Sequence record: MZ475891.1
Length of the DNA stretch: 64,000 bases
Strand: one strand, 5' to 3'
Notes under the pieces: generated by a model
What the model was told of the DNA's origin: nothing
Databases searched by the model: none
What the model saw: only the letters and a program-made list of their open reading frames with translations
Part shown: in pieces, positions 45,177 through 54,095 of the stretch
Layout of the letters: each line of letters opens with the position of its first letter
How positions within the stretch are numbered: position 1 is the first letter of the stretch
Translations under genes and position numbers: made by a program

Positions 45177-45559
45177 GAACTGAAATCATCGTAGCGGGAG
45201 TTCTCTCTCAACTTTACACGCGGCTGATTACGGCCGCTATAATGAAAGCGCATGTGTATTACTCAGACCTTGCGCCGGTGGTGTTCGGTGTGCAGCTTAC
45301 CAAAGTCGGTAAGTCGCAGTATCAAGCGCTGTGGGATTTAGTAGCGCTGACGATGCAGATGGACCACGCACACGGCCGACCGCCTGTTGCTGCTCTGTAT
45401 GTGTCTCGCGCTAATGCATCAAAACGACCGCCGCAAGCATTCTTCGCTGAATACGAGCGGCTAACTGGTAAGCGACTCAATGACGACGACTGGGAAGAGT
45501 TAGTCGATGAAGTATGGGCAGCTTACTCTCCACCAGAAATCTGTCAGGAGCCGACATGA
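45173..45559 (+). CDS. hypothetical protein, possible winged-helix domain (128 aa)
   Basis: ATGA overlap; GRPPVAALYVSR...P.QAFF. Confidence 0.7.
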   Translation: MRTEIIVAGVLSQLYTRLITAAIMKAHVYYSDLAPVVFGVQLTKVGKSQYQALWDLVALTMQMDHAHGRPPVAALYVSRANASKRPPQAFFAEYERLTGKRLNDDDWEELVDEVWAAYSPPEICQEPT

Positions 45560-46014
45560 AGAAGTTGAAAGCCGTAAAGGTTAAAATTAGCCGCGGTGGT
45601 TATAAGCCTTCTTCTAAGGAAGAGGCAAAGAAGCTGGTGGCAGAGTTTCTGCTCGGTACCATCGGCATTAGCCCAACGCAAGTCAGTCAACAACTGCTGT
45701 TGAATATCACGAACTACAACTATCTGACCTCTGTTGCGTATTCTGGACGTTCTACAGATTACAGCCAAGCGGCAGCGCACAAAACTGTAAAAGAACTAAA
45801 TGAATTTTGTCGAAAGCATAAAATTCAACTGGGCTTGCTAATTATGCCCCACACGTCGGCGTCTGAATATGATGGTGACGTAATTGTTGCAATCCCGTGG
45901 GAGCATGTTAAGAACAATCCGCAAATCCAGTCTGCCGTTAATTCTCTGTTTGAATCGGTTGAAGCAGACGGCTACCCACAGTATGTGACTGATGCTAAAA
46001 CAGTAGAGGGATAA
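45556..46014 (+). CDS. hypothetical protein (152 aa)
   Basis: AGGAG RBS, ATGA overlap. Confidence 0.75.
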   Translation: MKKLKAVKVKISRGGYKPSSKEEAKKLVAEFLLGTIGISPTQVSQQLLLNITNYNYLTSVAYSGRSTDYSQAAAHKTVKELNEFCRKHKIQLGLLIMPHTSASEYDGDVIVAIPWEHVKNNPQIQSAVNSLFESVEADGYPQYVTDAKTVEG

Positions 46015-46015
46015 G

Positions 46016-47296
46016 ATGTTCTACGACTATGTATTCAACTTCGACGAGCGCCAGACGCTACTGTCGTTAGCGGAATCCAAGTATCTTCTTAAACGGGACA
46101 TTCCCGAGTATCTTAAAAAGTCCAAACACGCAATTGAGATTCGTCACACTGTGACCAATCGTGGACGCGAGCGCCGCTCAGGAACAATAACAACTCCTAT
46201 CGTGCCGCGTATTCACACCCGTGATGTTATGCGCTTGCTTGATGATATTCGTGACAACGCGACTTACAGCTCCTGCCAAAGTCTCGCTGAACTGTTTGAA
46301 TTGGGCTTGGGCGTTCCGCGCCAGAAAGATATTGCTACTTACCTTCATGCTTATTCGCGTGAGCACGACAAGAAAGGTATCGGTATCAAGTATATCCGCA
46401 AGCTGGTGGTTGATTATCATCGTAAGCACCGTCGTAGTATGGCGGGCAGTCGCTGGTTAATGCCTGCTGCTTACACGGCCAATCTGCTGAACATGCAGAA
46501 CTTCATTCATCTGAAAGAAGACGGCTACAAGGGTAAAGTCAAAACGCCAGACGGCATCCCTGTAGTCTTGATTTACCAGAGCACTGAATACGCGACTGGC
46601 GAGTTTACTCTGTGTGACGCATTCATGATTAGTCCGATGGGATATCCAATGCCGTTCGCTCAGATTGCGCTGCGTCCCGAGTTCAAGGCTGTGCCTAAAA
46701 CGTTTTGCTCCCAAGCTCTGCGTGGCAAAGGCATGTACTCAATGGTTCTCGGTATGATTTACTGGGAGAAAGGTGATTCAGTCGAATTGACACGCGAAGT
46801 CATGGAGATTGATGACAACCAGTATCTCACGTTGCTCGATGATGAACGTTATGCTGACCGCCGCTCTGATGAATATTCAGCGATGCTGGTCAAGCGTGAA
46901 GAGTTCCGTCGCAATCGTGACAAGTGGCAGTCAGTGATTGATAAGTACGGCCAGACAGTTCGAACCCTCAAGCCTGAGATTAGCGCTCGTCTTGATCGTG
47001 CTCGTCAGTTCTTCTACGACCGCTCCGAGTTCCTGAAAGAGTTCGAGTCTCAGGAGAAGCGTGAGAACACCCGCGCATCAAAACGTTTTGCTGTAGCGTC
47101 TGCGATGTTTGCTGCGATTGACTGTGGGACAATTGCTGATCGTCAGACCTACCTTGCAGTGAGCACAAAGATTGATAAAGTGCATGACATTCTCGGTAAG
47201 TGGGGATTCAACACTGTAAAATCTGTTAATGCTAGTTTGAAGAAGTCTCTTTTAACCTATGACGAATCAGGCGTATCTCGCGTCTGGTCACTATAA
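46016..47296 (+). CDS. hypothetical protein (426 aa)
   Basis: long ORF, tight packing. Confidence 0.8.
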   Translation: MFYDYVFNFDERQTLLSLAESKYLLKRDIPEYLKKSKHAIEIRHTVTNRGRERRSGTITTPIVPRIHTRDVMRLLDDIRDNATYSSCQSLAELFELGLGVPRQKDIATYLHAYSREHDKKGIGIKYIRKLVVDYHRKHRRSMAGSRWLMPAAYTANLLNMQNFIHLKEDGYKGKVKTPDGIPVVLIYQSTEYATGEFTLCDAFMISPMGYPMPFAQIALRPEFKAVPKTFCSQALRGKGMYSMVLGMIYWEKGDSVELTREVMEIDDNQYLTLLDDERYADRRSDEYSAMLVKREEFRRNRDKWQSVIDKYGQTVRTLKPEISARLDRARQFFYDRSEFLKEFESQEKRENTRASKRFAVASAMFAAIDCGTIADRQTYLAVSTKIDKVHDILGKWGFNTVKSVNASLKKSLLTYDESGVSRVWSL

Positions 47297-47299
47297 CCC

Positions 47300-47315
47300 T
47301 TATCTGAGGAGATAA
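47300..47315 (+). promoter_or_regulatory. SD-in-tetraloop RBS hairpin (6 bp)
   Basis: TTATCT-GAGG-AGATAA before the ATG at 47318. Confidence 0.6.
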
Positions 47316-47317
47316 AC

Positions 47318-50300
47318 ATGTCCGAGAACAATCAAAGCGGAGCTACTCGCTTCGGCACAGAAGTGCAGGCCGGCATCGCAGAAGCGCAACGCCGTGCTAA
47401 CTCTGCTGAGAGTGGCAGGCTGAACAAATGCACGATCATCGTGCTGACTTCGATTGACGCCAACCAGCGTTACTCTTATCTGTCCGCAGACGAACAACTG
47501 CGCGAAGAACTGGTGCGCGGTAAAGTAATCAACCGTCTGCCTGACCTGTTAGAGCGTGCTGGTGGTAATACCGCTGCTGACAATAACAGCGCGTTCCACG
47601 TCCTGCACCCAAACAACGGCGTGCCTACCTCGATCGATGCTCGCATCAAAGTGGGCGAAGGTAATGCGGTCATTCTGTCATATACTGTAAACAAAGCAGT
47701 GACAGAGATGCACGGTAGCTTATCGCTTGCTCTGTTTGCATCTGGCGCCGAAGACTTAAATGATCTGGCCGCTGATTTCGGTATTCACGCAATTGCGATT
47801 GTTGAAGAATCGAAAGCCGCTGAGTTCATCAAAGGACTTGAAGCTCAGGTGGAAGCGTTGAATATTGTAAATCTCACTAGCATTGATGATTCTAACGATT
47901 CGTTAGACCTGCCAGTGATTGACTTCGCTGCATTAGCGGGCAATCCTACAACAGTGCTTACGGGCGCTGTGCGTACCTTCATCATGCAATCAATCAGCGG
48001 CGAAGTCTTCGCTGCAATCCCTAATAACGGAGAACTGAACGTGAAAAACGATAACGTGGCTCAGCCTGCTGACCTGGAAGAAGACTTCGACAACAATGAT
48101 GAGATTGTTGATCAGAACGGCGGTGAAGGCGAAGTTACTGGCGAAGAGCTGCTGGGCTACAAAGCAGAAAATCTTTCGCTCGACCAAATGCGTAGTGCGC
48201 TTGAAGCGATCAACTACGACCTGTCTGAAATGACGGAAGAAGCAATCCGTGAAGCGTTCGAAACTGAACAGAACCTTTACCTGGGTGGCGGCGATGACGA
48301 ATCTTCCGAAGAAGAGGAAGATGAAGACGCCGCTGATGTTGACAGCGACGAAGAAGAAGAGGAAGAAGACGAGGAGTTCGATGCTCCTGCGTATCTGGCT
48401 CAAGCGCTCGCTGCTGAAAACTTTAGCCGTAGCGATCTGAAACTGCTGGTCAAGTCTCAAGACCTGAAAGTGATGAAGAACGACACTCCTGAAACTCTGG
48501 TGCAGAAGCTGCTGGACCTGGTGCAGGACGCATCGTCCGATGAAGTGTTCGAACTGATCACTGTGTTCGTTGAACTGCTGGACGAGCACGGCGTTGAATG
48601 TGACGCGCTGCGTGCTACCATCGCTGAGGACGAAAGCGATGAAGACGAAGAAGAGGACGGCGAAGACGAAGACGCCGATGAAGATGGCGACGACGAAGAA
48701 GAGGAAGATGAAGAGGAGTCTGATGAAGACGAATCTGAAACCGAATCTGATGACGAAACCGAAACGCTGTCTGTGGCTGACGTTACCGATCCTCTCGATT
48801 ACTTCCGCTTCAACGGTGGTGACCTGACTGCCGAGCAGCGTATTGCTGCTGTCGAATCGATGGGTACAAGCACTGTTGGTCTGAACATTGTTCAGGTCAT
48901 GAAAGCGTTCAACGAAATCCGCTCACAGTCTAACCTGATCGATATTGCCGCTGATGAAGCCGACTCTGCGCTGTACGATATGCTGACTGCTCTGCCGTAC
49001 GCAACGCTGCTGAGCTTCGCTCAAGAGATTGAGCTGGAAGTTGATGGCGAAGAGTCTGCCGAAGATCTCGTCACTCTGCTGATGGACGAATCTACTGCCG
49101 ACAGCGATACGCTGAAAGCGCTGGCGTATGTGTTCGAAACCTACGGTGGCCTGGGTGTTGAAGCAGATGATATCCTGCTGATGGACTGGCATGAAGCGCT
49201 GGCGCTGGTTATTCCTGTGTATGCATCGTCAGACGAAGTTGAGTCCGATGCAGAAGACGAAGACGAAGACGTTATCGCCGATGAAGATTCGTCTAACGCT
49301 AACCTGAAGTTCCTGAAATCTGTTGACGTCAACAACCCTGTCGGCCCGATGCTCGAAGTTGATATGGACCGCACTCTGGTTATCAACTACACCTTCACTG
49401 ACGGTAACACTTACCGCGATGTGCAAGATGAGCTGGCTGATATCGGTGGCGTTAACTACCGCTTCCCGTTCAATCTGGGCAAAGCAGGTAAAGCAAACAA
49501 GAGCAGTGCGCCTGGTAGCCTGATTGCTCCTGCTGAACATCTGATCGCAATGTTAGACCGCGCCGGTACTACTCGCTTCTTAGCTGACCCGAACACCTTC
49601 GATGTTGGTGTGTGGGCAGAATCTCTGGAGCGTATGCTGAACGCAGAAATCGCTAACAACCTGTATGCTGGTCGCATTGAAGACGGCGCTGACCCGCAGC
49701 AAGCTGGCATCGTAGTCGGTGACTTCATCGATGAAGACGAGCAAGCAGAAGTTGCTGACCTCGGTCTGCTGGATGAAGATGAGCTGGAAGCGTACACTGG
49801 TGACCATCTGCCGATTGCAAGCCTGTACAATGCGCAAGCCCGCGTTCGTCCAGTCAACGTCGATAGCTCTTACGTTGCACTGAGCACTGTAGTGCTGAAC
49901 GTTGCAGTCCCTGGCTTCTGGTGTGACTCTGATGTTGGTCGTCTGGTGCAAGCGTGTGTTAATCGCGTAATCAGCCTGGCGGAAAGCGTTGAAGGCATCA
50001 AAGTGTATGCAGGCTTCACTCTGGAATCTGCTGCGCTGCTGAACAACGGTCGCCTGTACGAAGTTGTTGGTGCGCTGCGTGAGATGGACGGTGTGCAGTC
50101 TTACTCTGCCGCTGACGCTGCTAACTTCTCAGAAGCGGAAGACATTATCGAAGTAGCGTCTTCTATCGATGATCGTGACCTGCCGTTCACTGTACTGGCA
50201 AGCGGCCTGTCTGGCGCAACGTTTGAAAACGGCGGTGACCTGACCGTGCTGGTTCCGTGCTCTGTCTTCGACGAAGAGGAAGATGAGTCCGAAGAGGACG

Positions 50301-50323
50301 AGTCAGAAGAAGACGAAGAGTAA
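47318..50323 (+). CDS. very large acidic protein with repeated HeH-like modules (1001 aa)
   Basis: several D/E tracts separating helical modules (ENLSLDQMRSAL, ENFSRSDLKLLV, ALPYATLLSFAQ). Confidence 0.85.
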   Translation: MSENNQSGATRFGTEVQAGIAEAQRRANSAESGRLNKCTIIVLTSIDANQRYSYLSADEQLREELVRGKVINRLPDLLERAGGNTAADNNSAFHVLHPNNGVPTSIDARIKVGEGNAVILSYTVNKAVTEMHGSLSLALFASGAEDLNDLAADFGIHAIAIVEESKAAEFIKGLEAQVEALNIVNLTSIDDSNDSLDLPVIDFAALAGNPTTVLTGAVRTFIMQSISGEVFAAIPNNGELNVKNDNVAQPADLEEDFDNNDEIVDQNGGEGEVTGEELLGYKAENLSLDQMRSALEAINYDLSEMTEEAIREAFETEQNLYLGGGDDESSEEEEDEDAADVDSDEEEEEEDEEFDAPAYLAQALAAENFSRSDLKLLVKSQDLKVMKNDTPETLVQKLLDLVQDASSDEVFELITVFVELLDEHGVECDALRATIAEDESDEDEEEDGEDEDADEDGDDEEEEDEEESDEDESETESDDETETLSVADVTDPLDYFRFNGGDLTAEQRIAAVESMGTSTVGLNIVQVMKAFNEIRSQSNLIDIAADEADSALYDMLTALPYATLLSFAQEIELEVDGEESAEDLVTLLMDESTADSDTLKALAYVFETYGGLGVEADDILLMDWHEALALVIPVYASSDEVESDAEDEDEDVIADEDSSNANLKFLKSVDVNNPVGPMLEVDMDRTLVINYTFTDGNTYRDVQDELADIGGVNYRFPFNLGKAGKANKSSAPGSLIAPAEHLIAMLDRAGTTRFLADPNTFDVGVWAESLERMLNAEIANNLYAGRIEDGADPQQAGIVVGDFIDEDEQAEVADLGLLDEDELEAYTGDHLPIASLYNAQARVRPVNVDSSYVALSTVVLNVAVPGFWCDSDVGRLVQACVNRVISLAESVEGIKVYAGFTLESAALLNNGRLYEVVGALREMDGVQSYSAADAANFSEAEDIIEVASSIDDRDLPFTVLASGLSGATFENGGDLTVLVPCSVFDEEEDESEEDESEEDEE

Positions 50324-50329
50324 TTGACA

Positions 50330-50349
50330 TGCGGTCCTTCGGGGCCGCA
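50330..50349 (+). terminator. GC hairpin with UUCG tetraloop, identical core to 2478
   Basis: TGCGGTCC-TTCG-GGGCCGCA followed by ATCTTTCT. Confidence 0.6.
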
Positions 50350-50374
50350 ATCTTTCTCAACAGGAACTGTCTAA

Positions 50375-51196
50375 ATGTCAGAACAAGTTGACCACGCAAC
50401 TAACATCATTAAGATGGTTAGTGACCGTGATGCAAAGATTAGCGAGCTGTCCGTTACGGCAAACGAGCTGCAAGGTCAGGTGAATGACTATGCTGCCGAA
50501 CTCGCCGCATCTGCTGTGCGTGAAACTGCATTGCGTTTGAAGCTACGTTCTCAAGAGCGCCAGACGAATACTGATTTAGTTCGTCTGGAAACTCGCACGA
50601 AAGAGCTGGTGGATATTTCAAACACTCAGATGGCCGAAAGCAACGAGCTTAAAGCACGCGTTGAAGAAATGAACGCTAAGCTGGCGCAAGTTGACCCGAT
50701 GCCGTTCGTGCTGCATCTGGTTGCTGTGCAAGCTGCATCTGTGTTCTCGTACATGGTGCAGTCGTTTGCTCATGCTCATGTTAACCAGCGTACCAACGAT
50801 ACCACACGCACACTCAGTGCTCTGATGGTAGGCGAAACAGCGCGGCGTTATCAGTCTTTCGAAAAGACCATCGCTCGTTACTGCAACTCGATTGGCGCTG
50901 AACGTCCGAAAGCAAATGATGTGCGTAACGCTTTCCCTGACTTCATGCGTAATGAAGCTGATTTATTCTGTAAAGACCCGAAGTACAGTCACGATTGCAT
51001 GGCATTAGCTGCTATGCTTAATCTGCCTCGTACATCGTGGATGTATCGAAAGTCTCTGGACGCCGTAAACCACTTCGCGTGGATTGCAGCTTTCGAAGGC
51101 AGTCCTCAAGAGTTTGAGTCAGAATCAGATTACAACGAATTATACGTTAACTCGCTTATCGATATTGCAAGCGCGTTAATCGGGCAAAACTTTTAA
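50375..51196 (+). CDS. hypothetical protein with N-terminal coiled coil (273 aa)
   Basis: AGGA RBS, heptad-like N-terminal half. Confidence 0.8.
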   Translation: MSEQVDHATNIIKMVSDRDAKISELSVTANELQGQVNDYAAELAASAVRETALRLKLRSQERQTNTDLVRLETRTKELVDISNTQMAESNELKARVEEMNAKLAQVDPMPFVLHLVAVQAASVFSYMVQSFAHAHVNQRTNDTTRTLSALMVGETARRYQSFEKTIARYCNSIGAERPKANDVRNAFPDFMRNEADLFCKDPKYSHDCMALAAMLNLPRTSWMYRKSLDAVNHFAWIAAFEGSPQEFESESDYNELYVNSLIDIASALIGQNF

Positions 51197-51241
51197 TCTG
51201 TAAAACTTCCCTGTGATTTATTCTGTAAACACTAATTGAAG
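51195..51241 (+). promoter_or_regulatory. tandem TCTGTAAA boxes, candidate phage-specific promoter
   Basis: AATCTGTAAAA at 51195 and TCTGTAAACACTAATTGAAG at 51222. Confidence 0.5.
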
Positions 51242-51291
51242 TTCGCAACGGGCAAAAGCCCAAATCGAAAAATTAACGGAGTTCCACTACA

Positions 51292-51861
51292 ATGGCAAAA
51301 GCTACTAAGTCAACTAACCTGGTTCCTACCCTGGTTTCTCGCATCGCTAAAAAGTCTGGCTCTATCGGTACTTCGAAAGCAAAAGCAACTGACCTGCCGC
51401 ATGACATTCTGATCGAATCTCAGCACGTTGTCGAAATCATCGGTTATATCACTGACCGTTCTGCGAACCACGTTACTCTGCGTCACAAAAAAGGACACGG
51501 TTCTTCTTCTCAGATCGTTTCAACCTTCGGCCCTGGTCAACTGCTGACCGTTCTGGGTGAAGCTGGTTCACACGGTTCTGTGCGTGCGCTGATTACTGCT
51601 CCGGTCTGCGAACTGAAAGGCTTCACCATTAAGTATGACGGCGATACCATCATCGCTACTTCTATCGAAACTGGCGAAGTGATTCACGTTAACACCCAGC
51701 TGGCCGGTCACACCGTTCGCGCTACTGTGAACGAAACTGCCGCCGCTAAGAAATACGGCACGCCTGCTCCAGGCAAAGGCAAGAAAGATGCTAAGCCTGC
51801 TAAAGCAGACAAAGCAGCGAAAGGCGGTAAGAAAAAGAAAGGTAGCGACGAAGACTTTTAA
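51292..51861 (+). CDS. beta-rich protein with Lys/Ala-rich tail (189 aa)
   Basis: GGAG RBS; tail PAKADKAAKGGKKKKGSDEDF. Confidence 0.85.
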   Translation: MAKATKSTNLVPTLVSRIAKKSGSIGTSKAKATDLPHDILIESQHVVEIIGYITDRSANHVTLRHKKGHGSSSQIVSTFGPGQLLTVLGEAGSHGSVRALITAPVCELKGFTIKYDGDTIIATSIETGEVIHVNTQLAGHTVRATVNETAAAKKYGTPAPGKGKKDAKPAKADKAAKGGKKKKGSDEDF

Positions 51862-51874
51862 TCGCTGACCTGAA

Positions 51875-51954
51875 AATCTGTAAAAACTGATTATGCAGAG
51901 CAACAAAAATAAAGTTGCTCTGCCGTTAAACGAATCTGTAAACATTAATTGAAG
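51875..51954 (+). promoter_or_regulatory. tandem TCTGTAAA boxes, candidate phage-specific promoter
   Basis: AATCTGTAAAA at 51875 and TCTGTAAACATTAATTGAAG at 51935. Confidence 0.5.
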
Positions 51955-51990
51955 CAAGTCGCTTCTCATCCCATACAGGAAATAAAAACC

Positions 51991-52785
51991 ATGGCTAAAT
52001 CTGCTAAAGTAACCGTAACCGTCGCACAGAAAGTTCTGGCTCAGATGCTGGGTGTTGTTGTAGCGAACGCAAGCGAGAAAGAACTCGTTGCGATTCTGTC
52101 TGACCTGGGCCTGACTGTTGCTGCGAAAGGTAAAGGTGCTAAAGCTGAGAAAGCTGCGAAGGGCGGCAAGAAAGCTAAAGCCGCTACCGTTGCTCAGATC
52201 GTTAAGGCCGTTGAAGAAGAGGAAGCTATCTCCCTCGACGGCGTGAGTGAAGATGACCTGCGTGCAGCGGTCGTCAAAGCTAAGCTGGCTAAGGCCAACA
52301 AAGCTAAAGCGCTGGACGAAGAGGAGTTGACTGAACTCCTGACCGACGCAATGGGTGCCGAGTCTGATGAAGACGAGGAAGAGGACGAAGAAGAAGAGGA
52401 CGAAGACGAGGACGAAGACGACTCGGACGACGAAGACGAAGATGAAGACGACGAGGACTCAGATGATGAAGATGAGGACGAAGACGACGAAGATTCGGAC
52501 GACGAAGACGAGGACGAAGATGATGAGGAGGAAGACGAAGACGAGGATGAAGATGAGGACGAAGATGAAGATCTCGACCTTGACGGCCTCGACGAAGACG
52601 AACTCCGCGCCCTCGTGATCGACAACAAGCTGGCCACTAAGGCCAAAGCTAAAAAGATGGACGAAGACGAACTTCGTGAACTGTGTGAATCCCACTTCGG
52701 CGGCGACGATGAAGACGAAGACGAAGATGAGGACGAAGACGATGAAGACTTCGACGACGAAGACGAAGACGAAGACGACGAATAA
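51991..52785 (+). CDS. protein with two HeH-like modules separated by a ~70-residue D/E tract (264 aa)
   Basis: AGGA RBS; LDGVSEDDLRAAV... and LDGLDEDELRALV... repeats. Confidence 0.85.
   Translation: MAKSAKVTVTVAQKVLAQMLGVVVANASEKELVAILSDLGLTVAAKGKGAKAEKAAKGGKKAKAATVAQIVKAVEEEEAISLDGVSEDDLRAAVVKAKLAKANKAKALDEEELTELLTDAMGAESDEDEEEDEEEEDEDEDEDDSDDEDEDEDDEDSDDEDEDEDDEDSDDEDEDEDDEEEDEDEDEDEDEDEDLDLDGLDEDELRALVIDNKLATKAKAKKMDEDELRELCESHFGGDDEDEDEDEDEDDEDFDDEDEDEDDE
52360..52580 (+). repeat. coding low-complexity D/E tract with three DSDDEDEDEDDE units
   Basis: 36-nt units differing at synonymous positions. Confidence 0.8.
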
Positions 52786-52800
52786 GTCCTGATCTGCCGC

Positions 52801-52835
52801 TGCCCTGCAAGACTAATGAGTGTCTGCGCAGGGCA
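52801..52835 (+). terminator. hairpin after the acidic gene
   Basis: TGCCCTGC...GCAGGGCA. Confidence 0.5.
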
Positions 52836-52998
52836 AGAAATATTCGAAAAATAGTTCGAATTATTTCGCAAAAAGTTTGAAAAATTCCTGTCGTTGTTTA
52901 TTGCACATAGTAATATTCGACTACAGGAATTAAACCTGAAAAATTTTACTTTTATCCAACGCGACGAGTCGCACAAAATAAATTCACGGAGTTATGCC

Positions 52999-53511
52999 AT
53001 GACTAAGAAAATCATTTCCGGCCTGAACAAAAACCTGAAAGCTATCGCTAAATCAGAAGCTGCCCTGGCCAAAACTGTTGCTGCTACCAACAAAGAGATC
53101 GAAAACCTGGGTTCACAGCGTGCTGGTATCGAAGCGCAGATCGCTGAACTGTCTGGCGTTGCTGCTCCTGCCAAAGCTGATAAAAAAGCTAAAGGCGCGA
53201 AAGCTGAAAAAGCGGCCAAGCCTGCTAAAGCTGAAAAAGCAGCTAAAGCCGGTAAGAAAGAAAAAGCTGCAAAAGCTGAAAAGCCAGCCAAAGCTGATAA
53301 AAAAGCTAAAGGCGCCAAAGCTGAAAAAGCTGCTAAGCCTGCTAAAGCTGAAAAAGCTGGCAAGAAAGAAAAAGCTGCTACCAAGCCTGCTAAAGCTGAT
53401 AAAAAAGCGAAAGGCGCCAAGGCCGACAAAGCTGCTAAAGGCGGTAAAGCTGACAAAGCCGGTAAGAAAAAGAAAGCGCAGTCTGATGACTTCGAATTCG
53501 AAATGGAATAA
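52999..53511 (+). CDS. histone H1-like Lys/Ala repeat protein with N-terminal coiled coil (170 aa)
   Basis: GGAG RBS; three PAKADKKAKGAKA(E/D)KAAK repeats; ends DDFEFEME. Confidence 0.85.
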   Translation: MTKKIISGLNKNLKAIAKSEAALAKTVAATNKEIENLGSQRAGIEAQIAELSGVAAPAKADKKAKGAKAEKAAKPAKAEKAAKAGKKEKAAKAEKPAKADKKAKGAKAEKAAKPAKAEKAGKKEKAATKPAKADKKAKGAKADKAAKGGKADKAGKKKKAQSDDFEFEME

Positions 53512-53543
53512 GCAAGCGGTCGCATAGCGCGATAACTTGATCG

Positions 53544-53575
53544 AGAGGGCAGCGCTGACGGGCGTTTGCCCTCTT
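53544..53575 (+). terminator. putative terminator
   Basis: AGAGGGCAG-CGCT-GACG-GGCG-TTTGCCCTCT. Confidence 0.6.
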
Positions 53576-53609
53576 GTCGTATCTAACTCATTTTCGAGGC
53601 TCTTTAAAA

Positions 53610-54095
53610 ATGTCCAAACAAGAAGTATTCAACCGTCTTGATGACCTTCATGCAAAAGAGCGTGAGCGTATCAAACAAGCCAAGCAAGGCCCCTCCTATT
53701 TCGAACTGACGAACCTGCGTATTGAAGCAGCCGCTCGTCTCGCTCGTGCCCTACAAACTCTCAAAGCCGCAAACGTTGTTGGTAACGTTGAAGGTGTCTC
53801 TCTGCAGGAAGATGCGCTTGAAGTCGCTCAAGCCTACTGGTCTGCTATCTTAGAAGGCTTAACCCCTGTAGTAGTTGAAGGCTCGCCTATGCGCAAGCTG
53901 CTTGATGGTATGCCTGCATGTATCGAAGCGTTCCGTGTTATCGTAATGGAAAGCGCTATGCGTGAACGTCTAGTCGTTCAATGCAATGCGATTGCAGATG
54001 ACATTAAGGGTTTCCCGCAACTGACTGGTCATGTTCTGCCTACTATTCAACACACCTGCGAAGAGGGATGCAACTGTGGCTCAATCACTAAGTGA
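53610..54095 (+). CDS. hypothetical protein (161 aa)
   Basis: GAGG RBS. Confidence 0.75.
   Translation: MSKQEVFNRLDDLHAKERERIKQAKQGPSYFELTNLRIEAAARLARALQTLKAANVVGNVEGVSLQEDALEVAQAYWSAILEGLTPVVVEGSPMRKLLDGMPACIEAFRVIVMESAMRERLVVQCNAIADDIKGFPQLTGHVLPTIQHTCEEGCNCGSITK

Noticed and set aside
46270-46360. Sel1-like repeat (AELFELGLGVPRQKDIA) in the 426-aa protein
   Set aside because: Single imperfect copy; Sel1 repeats normally occur in arrays.
52194-52976. 260-aa poly-Ser ORF on the minus strand
   Set aside because: Antisense shadow of the GAC/GAA/GAT codons of the D/E tract; no RBS.
52360-53480. CRISPR-like or mobile repeat array
   Set aside because: Repeats are in-frame coding units with synonymous variation and no unique spacers.
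52992-53525. 177-aa Ala/Leu/Phe-rich minus-strand ORF resembling a membrane protein, and the +1-frame ORF 53078-53527
   Set aside because: Shadows of the repetitive Lys/Ala gene 52999-53511.
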